DNA from: an uncultured delta proteobacterium
GTDB lineage: Bacteria; Desulfobacterota; Binatia; UBA9968
NCBI GenBank assembly: GCA_963728565.1
Contig: CAVSLC010000014.1
Span: 78,030 to 142,029, forward strand
Reading direction: 5' to 3'
DNA: 64,000 nt
Position 1 is the first letter of the stretch. Every line of letters begins with the position of its first letter. The position numbers were made by a program, and so were the translations under genes. A model generated the notes under the pieces. The model saw only the letters and a program-made list of their open reading frames with translations, did not search any database and had not been told where the DNA came from. Positions 31,978-41,330 of the stretch are shown here, one piece after another.

Positions 31978-32103
31978 CAGACTGCTGAAAAACCTCACAT
32001 GCTTTGTTGCGTTCGATCGACTCGCTTCAACGTAGCGCATAGCTAAGCCCGCGTTCGTCGGCTTTTCGCGCGTCGCCCTTGTGAACTTTTTGAGCAGCGC
32101 GGC
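31974..32103 (+). mobile_element. MITE copy 1 (degenerate)
   Basis: CTAG-CAGACTGCTGAAAAA...TTTTTGAGCAG ends, with core TCGCTTCAACGTA shared with the other copies. Confidence 0.7.
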
Positions 32104-32260
32104 TTGTGGCGTCCGCTAAAGCGCTGGAGCTTCGGACCGCTAGTACTCGCCGCTCAATTGCCATGTCACGTTCGACCTGCACAATTCATCGTTCACTCAC
32201 ACTTGACAAGCCAGGCTTGGGCTCATATTTCTGCAAGCAATTCACTTCGGAAGGAATTTC

Positions 32261-34372
32261 ATGGCGGCAAAGAGAAATTACATTATCGGCGTCGATACCG
32301 GCGGCACGTTTACCGATGTTGTGGTCTTGGCGGACACGGGCGAAGTTTGGACAGCAAAGGCTTCGACCACCCCGGACGATTTTTCCCGTGGTGTGATGGA
32401 TGCGGTCGGCGAAGCCGCGCAGATCATGGGAGTTGAGAGTTCGGATCTTCTCGGTCGCACGACACTATTTAAGCACGGCAGCACGGTCGCAACCAACGCG
32501 TTGATCACGCGCAGCGGCGTCAAGGTGGGTCTGATTACGACTCGGGGGTTCGAAGATACCACCGAGATCATGCGCGCGATCGGCCGGGTTGACGGTTTGT
32601 CGGATGACGAGATCAAACACGTCACCTGGATCACCAAACCAGAACCGTTCGTCCCTAGGGAGCGGGTCATCGGCGTGCGCGAGCGCATCGACTATCAGGG
32701 CAACGAAATCGTTCCGCTCAATTGGGATGATGTCATGGAGGCGATTCGCCGGCTTATCGAAGACGATAAGGTCGACGCCATTGCCGTCAGTCTCATGCAT
32801 GCATGGGTGAATCCGCAACACGAGAACGAAATTCGCGCTTTGACGGCCGAAGCGGATCCGCACCGAAAAGTTTATTGGTCTTTCGGTAGTTCGTTGTCCC
32901 AAGTAGCCGGCGAGTATGCGCGCGCCAATACGGCGATTTTGAATAGCTATCTCGGACCCACGGTGGAGCGCTACTTGAAAGGCTTGGAAGACAAACTTGC
33001 CAGCGGCGGTCTCAAAGGACCGCTGTTGATCATGCAAGGTAACGGCGGCGTGGCGCATCGCGAGCACGTCAGTGCGATTGCCAACCTCCAATCCGGTCCG
33101 GCCGGCGGCATGATTGCTTCGGCTTACATTGCCGGCCTCCTCGAACACAAGAATGTCATTACCACTGACATGGGCGGGACCAGCTTCGACGTCGGCCTTA
33201 TCACCGAAGGCTATTGGCGCTATGCGCAAGAACCCATTGTCGAACGGTTCCGCATGTTGCAGCCGATCATCGATATCGAATCGATCGGCGCAGGCGGCGG
33301 CACCATCGCCCAGGTAGAAATCGAAACCGGCCGCTTGCTGGTCGGCCCGCGCAGCGCCGGCGCCAGTCCCGGACCGGTTTGTTACGACGCCGGCGGTGAT
33401 CAAGTGACGGTTACCGACGCCGATCTCGCTCTCGGCATCATCGATCCCGATTATTTTCTCGGCGGTAGAAAGTCTTTGAATAAAGACAAGGCGCTTAAGT
33501 TGATCGAGGAGAAGATTGCTCAGCCTCTAAAATTAAAAGTTCATGAAGCCGCCGCCGGAGTTCACGATATCGTCAATGCCAAAATGTCCGATCTGATTCG
33601 CCGGCAAGTGGTTCGCACCGGTTATCTTCCGGAAGAATTCGTCATATACGCATTTGGCGGTGCGGGAGCGGTGCACGCTTCAGGGTTCGCCGCTGAGTTG
33701 GGGATCAAGCAGATCTATATCTTCGCCACTTCGCCGGTTTTTTCCGCTTTCGGGGCAGCCGCTGCCGATGTCATCCGCACGCGCGTGATGAGCTGCCAGT
33801 ATATTTTACCGGCGGATCCGGTCGTCATAAACCAGCGACTCGAGGGCATCGAAAAAGAGATGAGCGCCGACATGAACCGTGAAGGGTTCAAGCCGGGCCG
33901 GGTGGAATTCCGGCGTTTCTTCACGATTCGCTACCGCCGGCAAAGCGCCGGGGTTGAAATGCCGGTTAGTTGGGATCGGTTCAATCCCAAGCGCATGACC
34001 GAAATGCAGAGCGCGTTTGAAAAGAAATATGAGGAGCTGTACGGCGTCGGTTCGGGTTATGCCAAGGCGGGCATCGAAATCAGCGAAATTCGCGTCGATG
34101 CAGTGGGCAAGGTAGCCAAGCCGAAGGTGACGGCAAAGCGGAAGAGCAACCGCGATGCCCGCTCGGCGCGCAAAGGCAAACGCGAAATATTTTTTACCCG
34201 ACCCGAACGTAAATTCATCGATACTCCAGTTTACGATTACGAGCGACTTGGCGTTGGCGCCATCGTCCGCGGCCCGGCCGTCATCGAGCTGCCGTTTACT
34301 ACCGCGTTGGTGCCACCGGAGCACAGGGTGAGCATTGACCCGTATTTGAACCTGGTGATGGAAGTGCCCTGA
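32261..34372 (+). CDS. Hydantoinase/oxoprolinase A family (acetone carboxylase beta/AcxA-like ATP-binding subunit)
   Basis: DTGGTFTD, SGPAGG, DMGGTSFD, IGAGGG, SAGASPGP and FGGAG motifs. Confidence 0.92.
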   Translation: MAAKRNYIIGVDTGGTFTDVVVLADTGEVWTAKASTTPDDFSRGVMDAVGEAAQIMGVESSDLLGRTTLFKHGSTVATNALITRSGVKVGLITTRGFEDTTEIMRAIGRVDGLSDDEIKHVTWITKPEPFVPRERVIGVRERIDYQGNEIVPLNWDDVMEAIRRLIEDDKVDAIAVSLMHAWVNPQHENEIRALTAEADPHRKVYWSFGSSLSQVAGEYARANTAILNSYLGPTVERYLKGLEDKLASGGLKGPLLIMQGNGGVAHREHVSAIANLQSGPAGGMIASAYIAGLLEHKNVITTDMGGTSFDVGLITEGYWRYAQEPIVERFRMLQPIIDIESIGAGGGTIAQVEIETGRLLVGPRSAGASPGPVCYDAGGDQVTVTDADLALGIIDPDYFLGGRKSLNKDKALKLIEEKIAQPLKLKVHEAAAGVHDIVNAKMSDLIRRQVVRTGYLPEEFVIYAFGGAGAVHASGFAAELGIKQIYIFATSPVFSAFGAAAADVIRTRVMSCQYILPADPVVINQRLEGIEKEMSADMNREGFKPGRVEFRRFFTIRYRRQSAGVEMPVSWDRFNPKRMTEMQSAFEKKYEELYGVGSGYAKAGIEISEIRVDAVGKVAKPKVTAKRKSNRDARSARKGKREIFFTRPERKFIDTPVYDYERLGVGAIVRGPAVIELPFTTALVPPEHRVSIDPYLNLVMEVP

Positions 34373-34391
34373 GACACCGAGCAGTTGAACG

Positions 34392-35405
34392 ATGGAGCAA
34401 GGGCAAAAGGAGGACCGTCGGATGATCCAGCGAGCGATCTTCGTTTTTGTCCATGCCTGGGCCTTTCTGATGCTGCTCTGGTCGGTCTCAGTCGCCGAGC
34501 CACTACGCATCGCGGTGGGCGCGGCAAGCATCGCGACACTGCCCACCTGGGTGGCCCAGGACGGCGGTTATTTTATGCGTGAGGGCGTGCCCATCGAGCA
34601 GATCTACATTCGCGGCGGGCCGCAGACTTTTTCCGCGCTGATCGGCGGTGACGTGCACATCGTTCAGGTCTATAGCGCGCCGGTACTCTCGGCGCGCTTC
34701 ACCGGCGCGGATGCTGTTATCATCGCCGGGCTAGTGAACCAACCGGTTTTCTCCGTCGTTAGCACTGCTGGTATCAACAAAACGGAAGATCTTCGCGGCA
34801 AGCGCATCGGCATCACCACTTTCGGCTCGGCTACGGACTTAGCCCTGCGGCTAGCGCTCAAGAAGTGGGGACTCAAGCCCGACACCGAAGTCAATTTACT
34901 ACAGATGCGCGGTGTGCCAGAAATCCTGGGAGCGCTCCAGGCAAAAGCCATCGACGCGGGTATTCTTTCGCCACCCACCAACATGGTGGCGATTAAGGCG
35001 GGGTTTAAAGAATTATCATACCTGCCACAGGCGGGAATTTCGTTTCAACACACCACACTGGCGACCACGCGCAGATATCTCGAACGGAACCGTGCCACTC
35101 TGGTCAAGGTATTGCGGGCCTACGTCGTCGCTATCGAACGCATCAAAGCCGACAAGGCTTTCACCATGACAACAATCTCAAAACATATGCGCACCACCGA
35201 CAGCGACGTATTGGAGTACAGTTACAACGCCGCGGCGCCTCTGTTCAGGGCGCCGCCTTATCCGACACTGGAAGGCATTCAATCGACACTGGACTTTCTG
35301 GCTGAAAAAGAACCAAAAGCTAAGCAGGCTCAGCCCAAAGACTTTGTCGATAATTCCCTGCTCGACGAATTGGTCAAAACCAGCGCTGACATTCCGAAGA
35401 AATGA
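34392..35405 (+). CDS. NMT1/SsuA-like ABC substrate-binding protein
   Basis: Signal peptide and DLRGKRIGIT.FGS..D, ..LQAKAIDAGIL motifs. Confidence 0.88.
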   Translation: MEQGQKEDRRMIQRAIFVFVHAWAFLMLLWSVSVAEPLRIAVGAASIATLPTWVAQDGGYFMREGVPIEQIYIRGGPQTFSALIGGDVHIVQVYSAPVLSARFTGADAVIIAGLVNQPVFSVVSTAGINKTEDLRGKRIGITTFGSATDLALRLALKKWGLKPDTEVNLLQMRGVPEILGALQAKAIDAGILSPPTNMVAIKAGFKELSYLPQAGISFQHTTLATTRRYLERNRATLVKVLRAYVVAIERIKADKAFTMTTISKHMRTTDSDVLEYSYNAAAPLFRAPPYPTLEGIQSTLDFLAEKEPKAKQAQPKDFVDNSLLDELVKTSADIPKK

Positions 35406-35419
35406 ACTAGGAGCCAACA

Positions 35420-37642
35420 ATGAAAAAACAAAAAGAGACCATCGATCCGATTCGCTATGAAATGTTTCTCCATCGCCTCTGGGCCATCGGTGAAGAAGGA
35501 CGCATGACCCTGCAACGAGTGACCGCTTCGCCGATCGTCTCTCAAGGAGGCGAGTGCATGAGCTCCTTCTATGACGAGACCGGCACGATGGTGCTTGCTT
35601 GCTCGGGTCACCTGCGCTTTGCCGCCGCCACTTCGGATGCGATCCGCAACCTGATGCAGCGCTTCAGCAAAACTCCCGGTTTTCACGATGGCGACCAATT
35701 TTTTTTCAACGATCCGTATGTCGCCGGCTCGCATACTTACGACATGATGATTGTCAAACCGATTTTCTTCCGCGGCGAGTTGATCGGCTGGACAGCGACC
35801 AGCACGCACACCGCCGACACCGGAGGCGTACTCCGCGGCGGCGCCTACGAGATCTTCCACGAGGGTATCTGCATACCGGGATTGAAAATCGTCGAGAAGA
35901 ACGAGTTCCGCGAGGATGTGTTTCAAACTCTGACGGGGCAGTGCCGTGATCCCCAGTACGTCGGCCTGGATCTCAAGGCGATGATCGCGGGGAATAATAT
36001 CTGCGCCAAACGATATCTTGGCTTGGTGGAAAAATTCGGGCTCAAGTTCGTGCAATTGGCCGGCGAAAAAATGATTGAGGATTCCGAGAGCAAGGCGCGG
36101 GCAAAACTTAGATCGATGCCCGACGGCACCTGGATGACCCGGCAGTACGTCACTACCTTGGATCGCAAGACGCGCAAATCGGTGGCGCAACAGCTCTACT
36201 GCACCATGACCAAGAAGCGCGACGAGTTGCTTTTTGACTTCACCGGCACGAGCCCGCAGACCGATACCGACCACAATTCGACCTTGCCCAGCACCGTGGC
36301 TCATCTGGCGCTGGCGCTGACCAATACTCTTTTCTGGGACGTGCCCTGGAGCGATGGCAAGATGCGTCCGGTCAAGGTCCAGGTGCCGGAAGGATCCATT
36401 TTAAATTGCAAATATCCTGCGGCCTGCGGCGCCGGCCCGCGCATCGGCAACGTGCTCGTGTCGACGGTATGCGAGGCGGTGGCAAAAATGATCTATGCTT
36501 CCGGCCGCTACGACGACGTCAATGCATCGACCACGGGGAATTTGGAATTTGTCGGCGGCCCCGGCTACTTCTACGGCGGCCACACCCGCGAAGGGATCGC
36601 CGTTGCTCAAGGACTCTACGATATCCATGGAGCGGGAATGGGCGCCAGGCCTCACGGTGACGGCGTCAATACCGGCGGGCATATGAATATTCCATCGGCC
36701 GGCATATCGGACATCGAGCGCATCGAAATGCAGTATCCGTTTCTTTATTTCACCCGCTCGCACAATCCGGACGGCAGCGGCTTTGGGCAGTACCGCGGCG
36801 GCCTCGGCAGCTATCGCATCTATCTGATCTATGGTTCGAAAGATTGCAGCGTCGATTACAAACCTTATGGCGGCGTCGCTCAAGGTGGCTTTGGCCTTGC
36901 CGGCGGTTATCCTACCGGCATCGGCGCAACCCGGGTGATGATCGAAGCCGGTCTCGAAATGCTTGGCCGGGTCAAAGCAGGCGAATATCCCACGGTGGGC
37001 GCGATGCGCGCGGGGGAGTGGGGCAAATCAATCTTACCGGCGGGTGTGCCGGAGCGAGTGCCGTTGCCGGAAGGCACTTTGTTGGTCGACTATGTAGCCG
37101 GCGGTGGCGGATTCGGCGATCCCATCGACCGGGATCCAGGCGCCGTCTTGAAAGACTTCGGCTACGGCTGGGTGAGCGGGGAGATTGCGGAAAGAATTTA
37201 CGGCGTCGTCTTCGCCGACAGCGGCAAGGCTGTCGACCGCGCCGCCACCGAAGATTGCCGCCGCCGAATTCGCGAAGCACGCAAGCAAGACGCGCCGATC
37301 TCGCAGAAGTCCAGCGATAAAGCCGCTGCCGATAGTAGTGACTCACGACAGCTGCTGCGCTTTCATGCGGCTTTGGAGATTATCGGCAACGGCAAGAAAA
37401 AAACCATTCGATGCAGCCGCTGCGGTCATCTCTACTGCAAGGCCGATGAAAACTACAAACATTATGCGCTCCATCGCATTCTGGATCTCAACGACTCCAT
37501 GCCGCCGCTGCCGACGGGGGAGCGTTACATCGGCGAATACCACATCTATTCCTGCCCTGGCTGCGCCACGCAGCTACAGGTGGATTTGTACAGCCCGAGC
37601 TTGGGTGGCGATCCGGTTTTGTGGGATACCAGAATCGCGTGA
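35420..37642 (+). CDS. Hydantoinase B / acetone carboxylase alpha-like subunit fused to C-terminal acetone carboxylase gamma-like Zn domain
   Basis: ASPIVSQGGE, NDPY..GSHTYD, THTADTGG and GGGGFGDP motifs. C-terminal CSRCGH...NYK...YSCPGC..LQVD....DP..WD. Confidence 0.85.
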   Translation: MKKQKETIDPIRYEMFLHRLWAIGEEGRMTLQRVTASPIVSQGGECMSSFYDETGTMVLACSGHLRFAAATSDAIRNLMQRFSKTPGFHDGDQFFFNDPYVAGSHTYDMMIVKPIFFRGELIGWTATSTHTADTGGVLRGGAYEIFHEGICIPGLKIVEKNEFREDVFQTLTGQCRDPQYVGLDLKAMIAGNNICAKRYLGLVEKFGLKFVQLAGEKMIEDSESKARAKLRSMPDGTWMTRQYVTTLDRKTRKSVAQQLYCTMTKKRDELLFDFTGTSPQTDTDHNSTLPSTVAHLALALTNTLFWDVPWSDGKMRPVKVQVPEGSILNCKYPAACGAGPRIGNVLVSTVCEAVAKMIYASGRYDDVNASTTGNLEFVGGPGYFYGGHTREGIAVAQGLYDIHGAGMGARPHGDGVNTGGHMNIPSAGISDIERIEMQYPFLYFTRSHNPDGSGFGQYRGGLGSYRIYLIYGSKDCSVDYKPYGGVAQGGFGLAGGYPTGIGATRVMIEAGLEMLGRVKAGEYPTVGAMRAGEWGKSILPAGVPERVPLPEGTLLVDYVAGGGGFGDPIDRDPGAVLKDFGYGWVSGEIAERIYGVVFADSGKAVDRAATEDCRRRIREARKQDAPISQKSSDKAAADSSDSRQLLRFHAALEIIGNGKKKTIRCSRCGHLYCKADENYKHYALHRILDLNDSMPPLPTGERYIGEYHIYSCPGCATQLQVDLYSPSLGGDPVLWDTRIA

Positions 37643-37803
37643 CTCATACCCGTTCAGGAATTGGCTCGGATAAGGCATTCCGCATAGCACGAAATGTAAG
37701 CGCCACTGATGTAATTTGATCGAAACTAGCCGGGGAGCGAAGTCCTGTTTGATGCTAAATTATTCGTCCCCGGACGAAGCATAACGGCGCTCTGGAGGAG
37801 ACA

Positions 37804-38775
37804 ATGAGATTGAGTCGATTCGCGGACATTCTTTTCGCAATAGTTTTGCTCGCCGTGGCGGCGCAAGAAAGCAGCGCGCAGGATCGTATCAGCCTCGGGA
37901 TCACGACCAAGACCGGCAGCACAGGCCTGCCGTTCGTAATCGCGGAAGAGAAAGGATTCTTCAAAAGCGAGGGCCTGAACGCGGTTTCGGTTGTGATGCA
38001 GAATCAGGTCGTGGTCAACGGCGTTGTCGCTCGACAGGTCGATTATGGCGGGACCTTTTCGAATTTCGTTGGAGCGGCTCTTTCGGGCCTTCCCGTGCGC
38101 ATCGTTATGGCGGTGATGGATGGCTCGGACCATTACCTGGTGACGAGCCCGAACATAAAAAGGGTTGAGGACCTCAAAGGCAAGAAATTCGGCATCAGCA
38201 GTTTCGGCGGCACTCCGCACAGCGAAGCAGTCATGATTCTGCGGAAATTCGGCATGAATCCGGAAAAGGATGTTACGTTTCTCCAGATCGGCGGCAGTTC
38301 TTCCCGTTATGCGGCTTTGGACAGCGGCTCCATCGACGCCGCTATGCTTGTGCCGCCTTTCAACAAGCTGGCTGCGAAAAGAGGATTCAACGAGATTCTT
38401 TCTTTTAATGAGATTATGAGCATCCCACTGGGTGGCCTGACCGTTCATACCCAGAGAATGAAAGAAAAACCCGATGAAATCGTCAGGATGATCAAGGCCA
38501 TGCTGAAAGGGGTTAGTTATATTCGAAATAACCAAGCCGAGATTCTTGCAATTATGGCAAGCAAATGGGGTATCAAAGAGGCTGACGTGCGTGAGGGCAT
38601 TTACCGCGATATCGTCGGGATCTACACTCGAAACGGCGTCGCCTCCGATGAGACAATGAAGAACGTTATTCAACTGGTGCGCGACACGCGAAAGTCCAAG
38701 GATGATTTGGGTTTATCCGACGTCGTCGACTGGAGCTTTGCAAGAAAAGCACAAGCGGAATTGAAGATTCGCTGA
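37804..38775 (+). CDS. NMT1/SsuA-like ABC substrate-binding protein
   Basis: Signal peptide and EKGFFKSEGL, DLKGKKFGISSFG, RYAALDSGSIDAAML motifs. Confidence 0.9.
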   Translation: MRLSRFADILFAIVLLAVAAQESSAQDRISLGITTKTGSTGLPFVIAEEKGFFKSEGLNAVSVVMQNQVVVNGVVARQVDYGGTFSNFVGAALSGLPVRIVMAVMDGSDHYLVTSPNIKRVEDLKGKKFGISSFGGTPHSEAVMILRKFGMNPEKDVTFLQIGGSSSRYAALDSGSIDAAMLVPPFNKLAAKRGFNEILSFNEIMSIPLGGLTVHTQRMKEKPDEIVRMIKAMLKGVSYIRNNQAEILAIMASKWGIKEADVREGIYRDIVGIYTRNGVASDETMKNVIQLVRDTRKSKDDLGLSDVVDWSFARKAQAELKIR

Positions 38776-38787
38776 CCTACTGTTGCG

Positions 38788-38886
38788 GTTCAAGTCGTTC
38801 AAATGGTTCAAGCCCTTCAAGTCCAATTCAGATGATTCGCGGATCCGGACGGTTTGAACTGCTTCAACGACTTGAACCTTTTGAAC
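38788..38886. repeat. Inverted array of 9-bp-periodic GTTCAA/TTGAAC units
   Basis: GTTCAA-like units at 38788, 38797, 38806 and 38815. TTGAAC-like units at 38854, 38863, 38872 and 38881. Confidence 0.8.
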
Positions 38887-38896
38887 CAGCCGTGCG

Positions 38897-39877
38897 CTAG
38901 CCGCCCAGCTTCTTGAAAAATCCCTCTTTTTCAAGTTCATCGAGCAGCGAATGATCGATGAACTCCTCCGCCGTTCGGTTTTTCAATTCTGGATTATGTT
39001 CGGCATAGAATCTGATCGTATCCCGCACACCGGTTAAGTCGACCCGCGGCGGCAGTGAAAAACGCGGCGCGAAATAATTATAGGTCGAGTGGAGCGTTTC
39101 CGCGTCATCAATGCGCATGCGTTTGGCAAACACCTTCAAGGTTCTCTCCCGGTCATTCTTCATCGCGTAGACGGCTTCCGAGTAGGCCCGCACGAAACGC
39201 TTCACCCGATCGCGGTCTTCCCGAAGAAAACTGCCTTTGACGTAGAGAGAGGACTGCGTGAAGTTAGCGCTCATCTCGCCCATATCGGCTAATATCCGAT
39301 AGCCCGCCTGAACCGCCTTGGTCAAATGCGGCGGTGAAAGTATCGTCGCGTCGGTTCGGCCGGTCATGAGGGATAAGAGCCGGGTCGGCGCATCGCCGCC
39401 GATCATGACTTGAACATCCGGCAGCTTCAAACCCCATTCCTTCAGCGCCAGCTGAAGGGCAAGATCGTTGGAACCGCCGAAGTTGAGGATGTTAACTCTC
39501 TTGCCGCGCAAATCCTTGGGTGTGCGAATCTCGGGTTTTACGATGAAGGCGTAAGGAAATTTGTTGTACGAAGCGGCGATGACTTTTAGGTCCGCGCCCC
39601 GAGCCGCGGCTACGATCGGACCGGTGGCCGAGCCTGTGGCAAACTGGGTGCTGCCGCCCAGCAGCGCCGCCACCGACCGAGCACTGCCGTTGATCATGAT
39701 TACATCGACATCCAGGCCGTGCTTATCGAATATCTTTAGATCCTTTGCCACCCACACAGTGCTTTGAAAACCGGAGAGCCCGCCATAGTCGGCGACGAGC
39801 TTCTCCGCTGCTTGCGGGCTGCTGATCAGCATCGACACGAGCGTCAACGCTGAAACAAAGATCGAAGAGAGCTTCAT
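38897..39877 (-). CDS. NMT1/SsuA-like ABC substrate-binding protein
   Basis: Signal peptide and IFDKHGLDVD, DLRGK..FGGSND, FIDHSLLDELEKEGF motifs. Confidence 0.9.
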   Translation of the reverse strand: MKLSSIFVSALTLVSMLISSPQAAEKLVADYGGLSGFQSTVWVAKDLKIFDKHGLDVDVIMINGSARSVAALLGGSTQFATGSATGPIVAAARGADLKVIAASYNKFPYAFIVKPEIRTPKDLRGKRVNILNFGGSNDLALQLALKEWGLKLPDVQVMIGGDAPTRLLSLMTGRTDATILSPPHLTKAVQAGYRILADMGEMSANFTQSSLYVKGSFLREDRDRVKRFVRAYSEAVYAMKNDRERTLKVFAKRMRIDDAETLHSTYNYFAPRFSLPPRVDLTGVRDTIRFYAEHNPELKNRTAEEFIDHSLLDELEKEGFFKKLGG

Positions 39878-39955
39878 CTTAACTCCTTCCGGTGGAAGAC
39901 TTCGACTGAGCACAGGCTTTGCGGTTCGAATAATGAAAGTGGGTCGGCTCTGGCG

Positions 39956-41092
39956 TCAGTTCAGTCTCGGCATGATTTCTTTCTTGAACAGATTGAGAGA
40001 AGAAATGACTTTCTCATGAGCGAGGTTACCGATGTGGAACATGCCCATGAAGTGATCCGCGCCGATTTGCTTCATCTGATCCTGAATCTGGCGCGCAACG
40101 CTGTCGGGGTCGCCGGCGATCATATAACCACTCTTTATCAAATCGTCCCAGCCAAGCGTTGAAAAATCGATCCGTGAACGATTGCCTTCGCGGAAGTAGT
40201 TGAAAGAGCGTTCGCTGGTGAGCTTGGCCAGGAGTTTCTGTTGATCCGCCGCTGCTTGGTTAATGGCATCGTTAAAGCCCCGATTGTAGACGGAGAAAAA
40301 ATACCGCATTGCCGGCTCGGCGATCTCTTGAGCTTTCTTGTTCGAATCGTCGATATAGATGTGACGGCATAGAATAAAATCGTCCGGCTGGGCTTCCCAT
40401 CCATCCTCCTTCGCCTTGCTACGGTAGTAGTTGAAGGTATCTTCGATCTGACCCGTGGTTTGGTATACCTGGGCGCACGGCAGGTGCCGCTTAACGCACC
40501 ATTCGATGGACTCGGCGCTGCGCGCCGCAATCCAAATGGGCGGATGGGGTTGTTGGACCGGGCGTGGCCAGATGGCGCAATCTTTGAGCTTGTAAAATTC
40601 TCCGTCGAAGCTCCAGACCGAATTGGTCCATGCGGTCATGATCAGATCATAAGCTTCTTGAAATCGCCCGCGAGATTCTTCCGGGTTTACTCCGTACCAT
40701 ACATACTCCGCGGGAATGCCGCGCACGAATCCAGCGATCAACCGGCCCTTCGAAAGGCAGTCGATCATCGCGTATTCTTCGGCAACGCGCACCGGGTGAT
40801 CGCGCAGCGGAAGAATATTTCCGAGCACGCCGATTTTGATCTTCTTGGTTCTCTGGCTCAAGGCCGCGGCGATAAGATTTGGCGACGGCATGGTGCCGTA
40901 GGAACTATAGTGATGCTCATTGAAAACAACGCCGTCCAGGCCAAGCTCTTCACAGTAGGTCATCTCGTCTAGATGTTCGGCATAGTTGGCCGCACCTTTT
41001 ATCGGATCGAAAAAACTGCTTGGCACCGGCGTGCGCGGAGCGTCTTTGGGAACGTGGGGATAAGCGAGGAGATCGAAATTATATAGCTTCAC
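39956..41092 (-). CDS. LLM-class (luciferase-like) flavin-dependent oxidoreductase
   Basis: FNEHH, PSP, HPVRVAEEYAMIDCLSKGRL..GFVRG and PRPVQQPHPPIW motifs. Confidence 0.92.
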   Translation of the reverse strand: MKLYNFDLLAYPHVPKDAPRTPVPSSFFDPIKGAANYAEHLDEMTYCEELGLDGVVFNEHHYSSYGTMPSPNLIAAALSQRTKKIKIGVLGNILPLRDHPVRVAEEYAMIDCLSKGRLIAGFVRGIPAEYVWYGVNPEESRGRFQEAYDLIMTAWTNSVWSFDGEFYKLKDCAIWPRPVQQPHPPIWIAARSAESIEWCVKRHLPCAQVYQTTGQIEDTFNYYRSKAKEDGWEAQPDDFILCRHIYIDDSNKKAQEIAEPAMRYFFSVYNRGFNDAINQAAADQQKLLAKLTSERSFNYFREGNRSRIDFSTLGWDDLIKSGYMIAGDPDSVARQIQDQMKQIGADHFMGMFHIGNLAHEKVISSLNLFKKEIMPRLN

Positions 41093-41122
41093 GTCTTCAT
41101 TTCTCCTTAGGGCAACTCTCGG

Positions 41123-41151
41123 ATGCTAACACTGCACTCCAGGAGCGTCAA
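41123..41151 (-). promoter_or_regulatory. sigma70 promoter candidate for the LLM gene
   Basis: Minus strand reads TTGACG-17 nt-TAGCAT, directly beside the MITE end. Confidence 0.5.
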
Positions 41152-41155
41152 ATCG

Positions 41156-41280
41156 ACAGGCTCCTGAAAAAGCCTCACCTGCTTCGTTGGGTTCGTTCGC
41201 GTCGCTTCAACGTACTGAAGCGTACGCCTCAGCTCGTCGGACTGCGCGCGCCTTGCCTTTGAGTCTTTTGAGCAGCCTGT
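41156..41280 (+). mobile_element. MITE copy 2
   Basis: ACAGGCTCCTGAAAAAG...CTTTTGAGCAGCCTGT terminal inverted repeats, with the shared core. Confidence 0.8.
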
Positions 41281-41330
41281 GAGTCGAGTCTTTGATACGC
41301 GGATAAAGATTTATTAAACGGGAACCCTGG

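Noticed and set aside
38788-38886. GTTCAA arrays (also 50695-50779) as a CRISPR array
   Set aside because: The units are 6 bp with 2-3 bp spacers. There are no 25-45 bp repeats with unique spacers and no cas genes.
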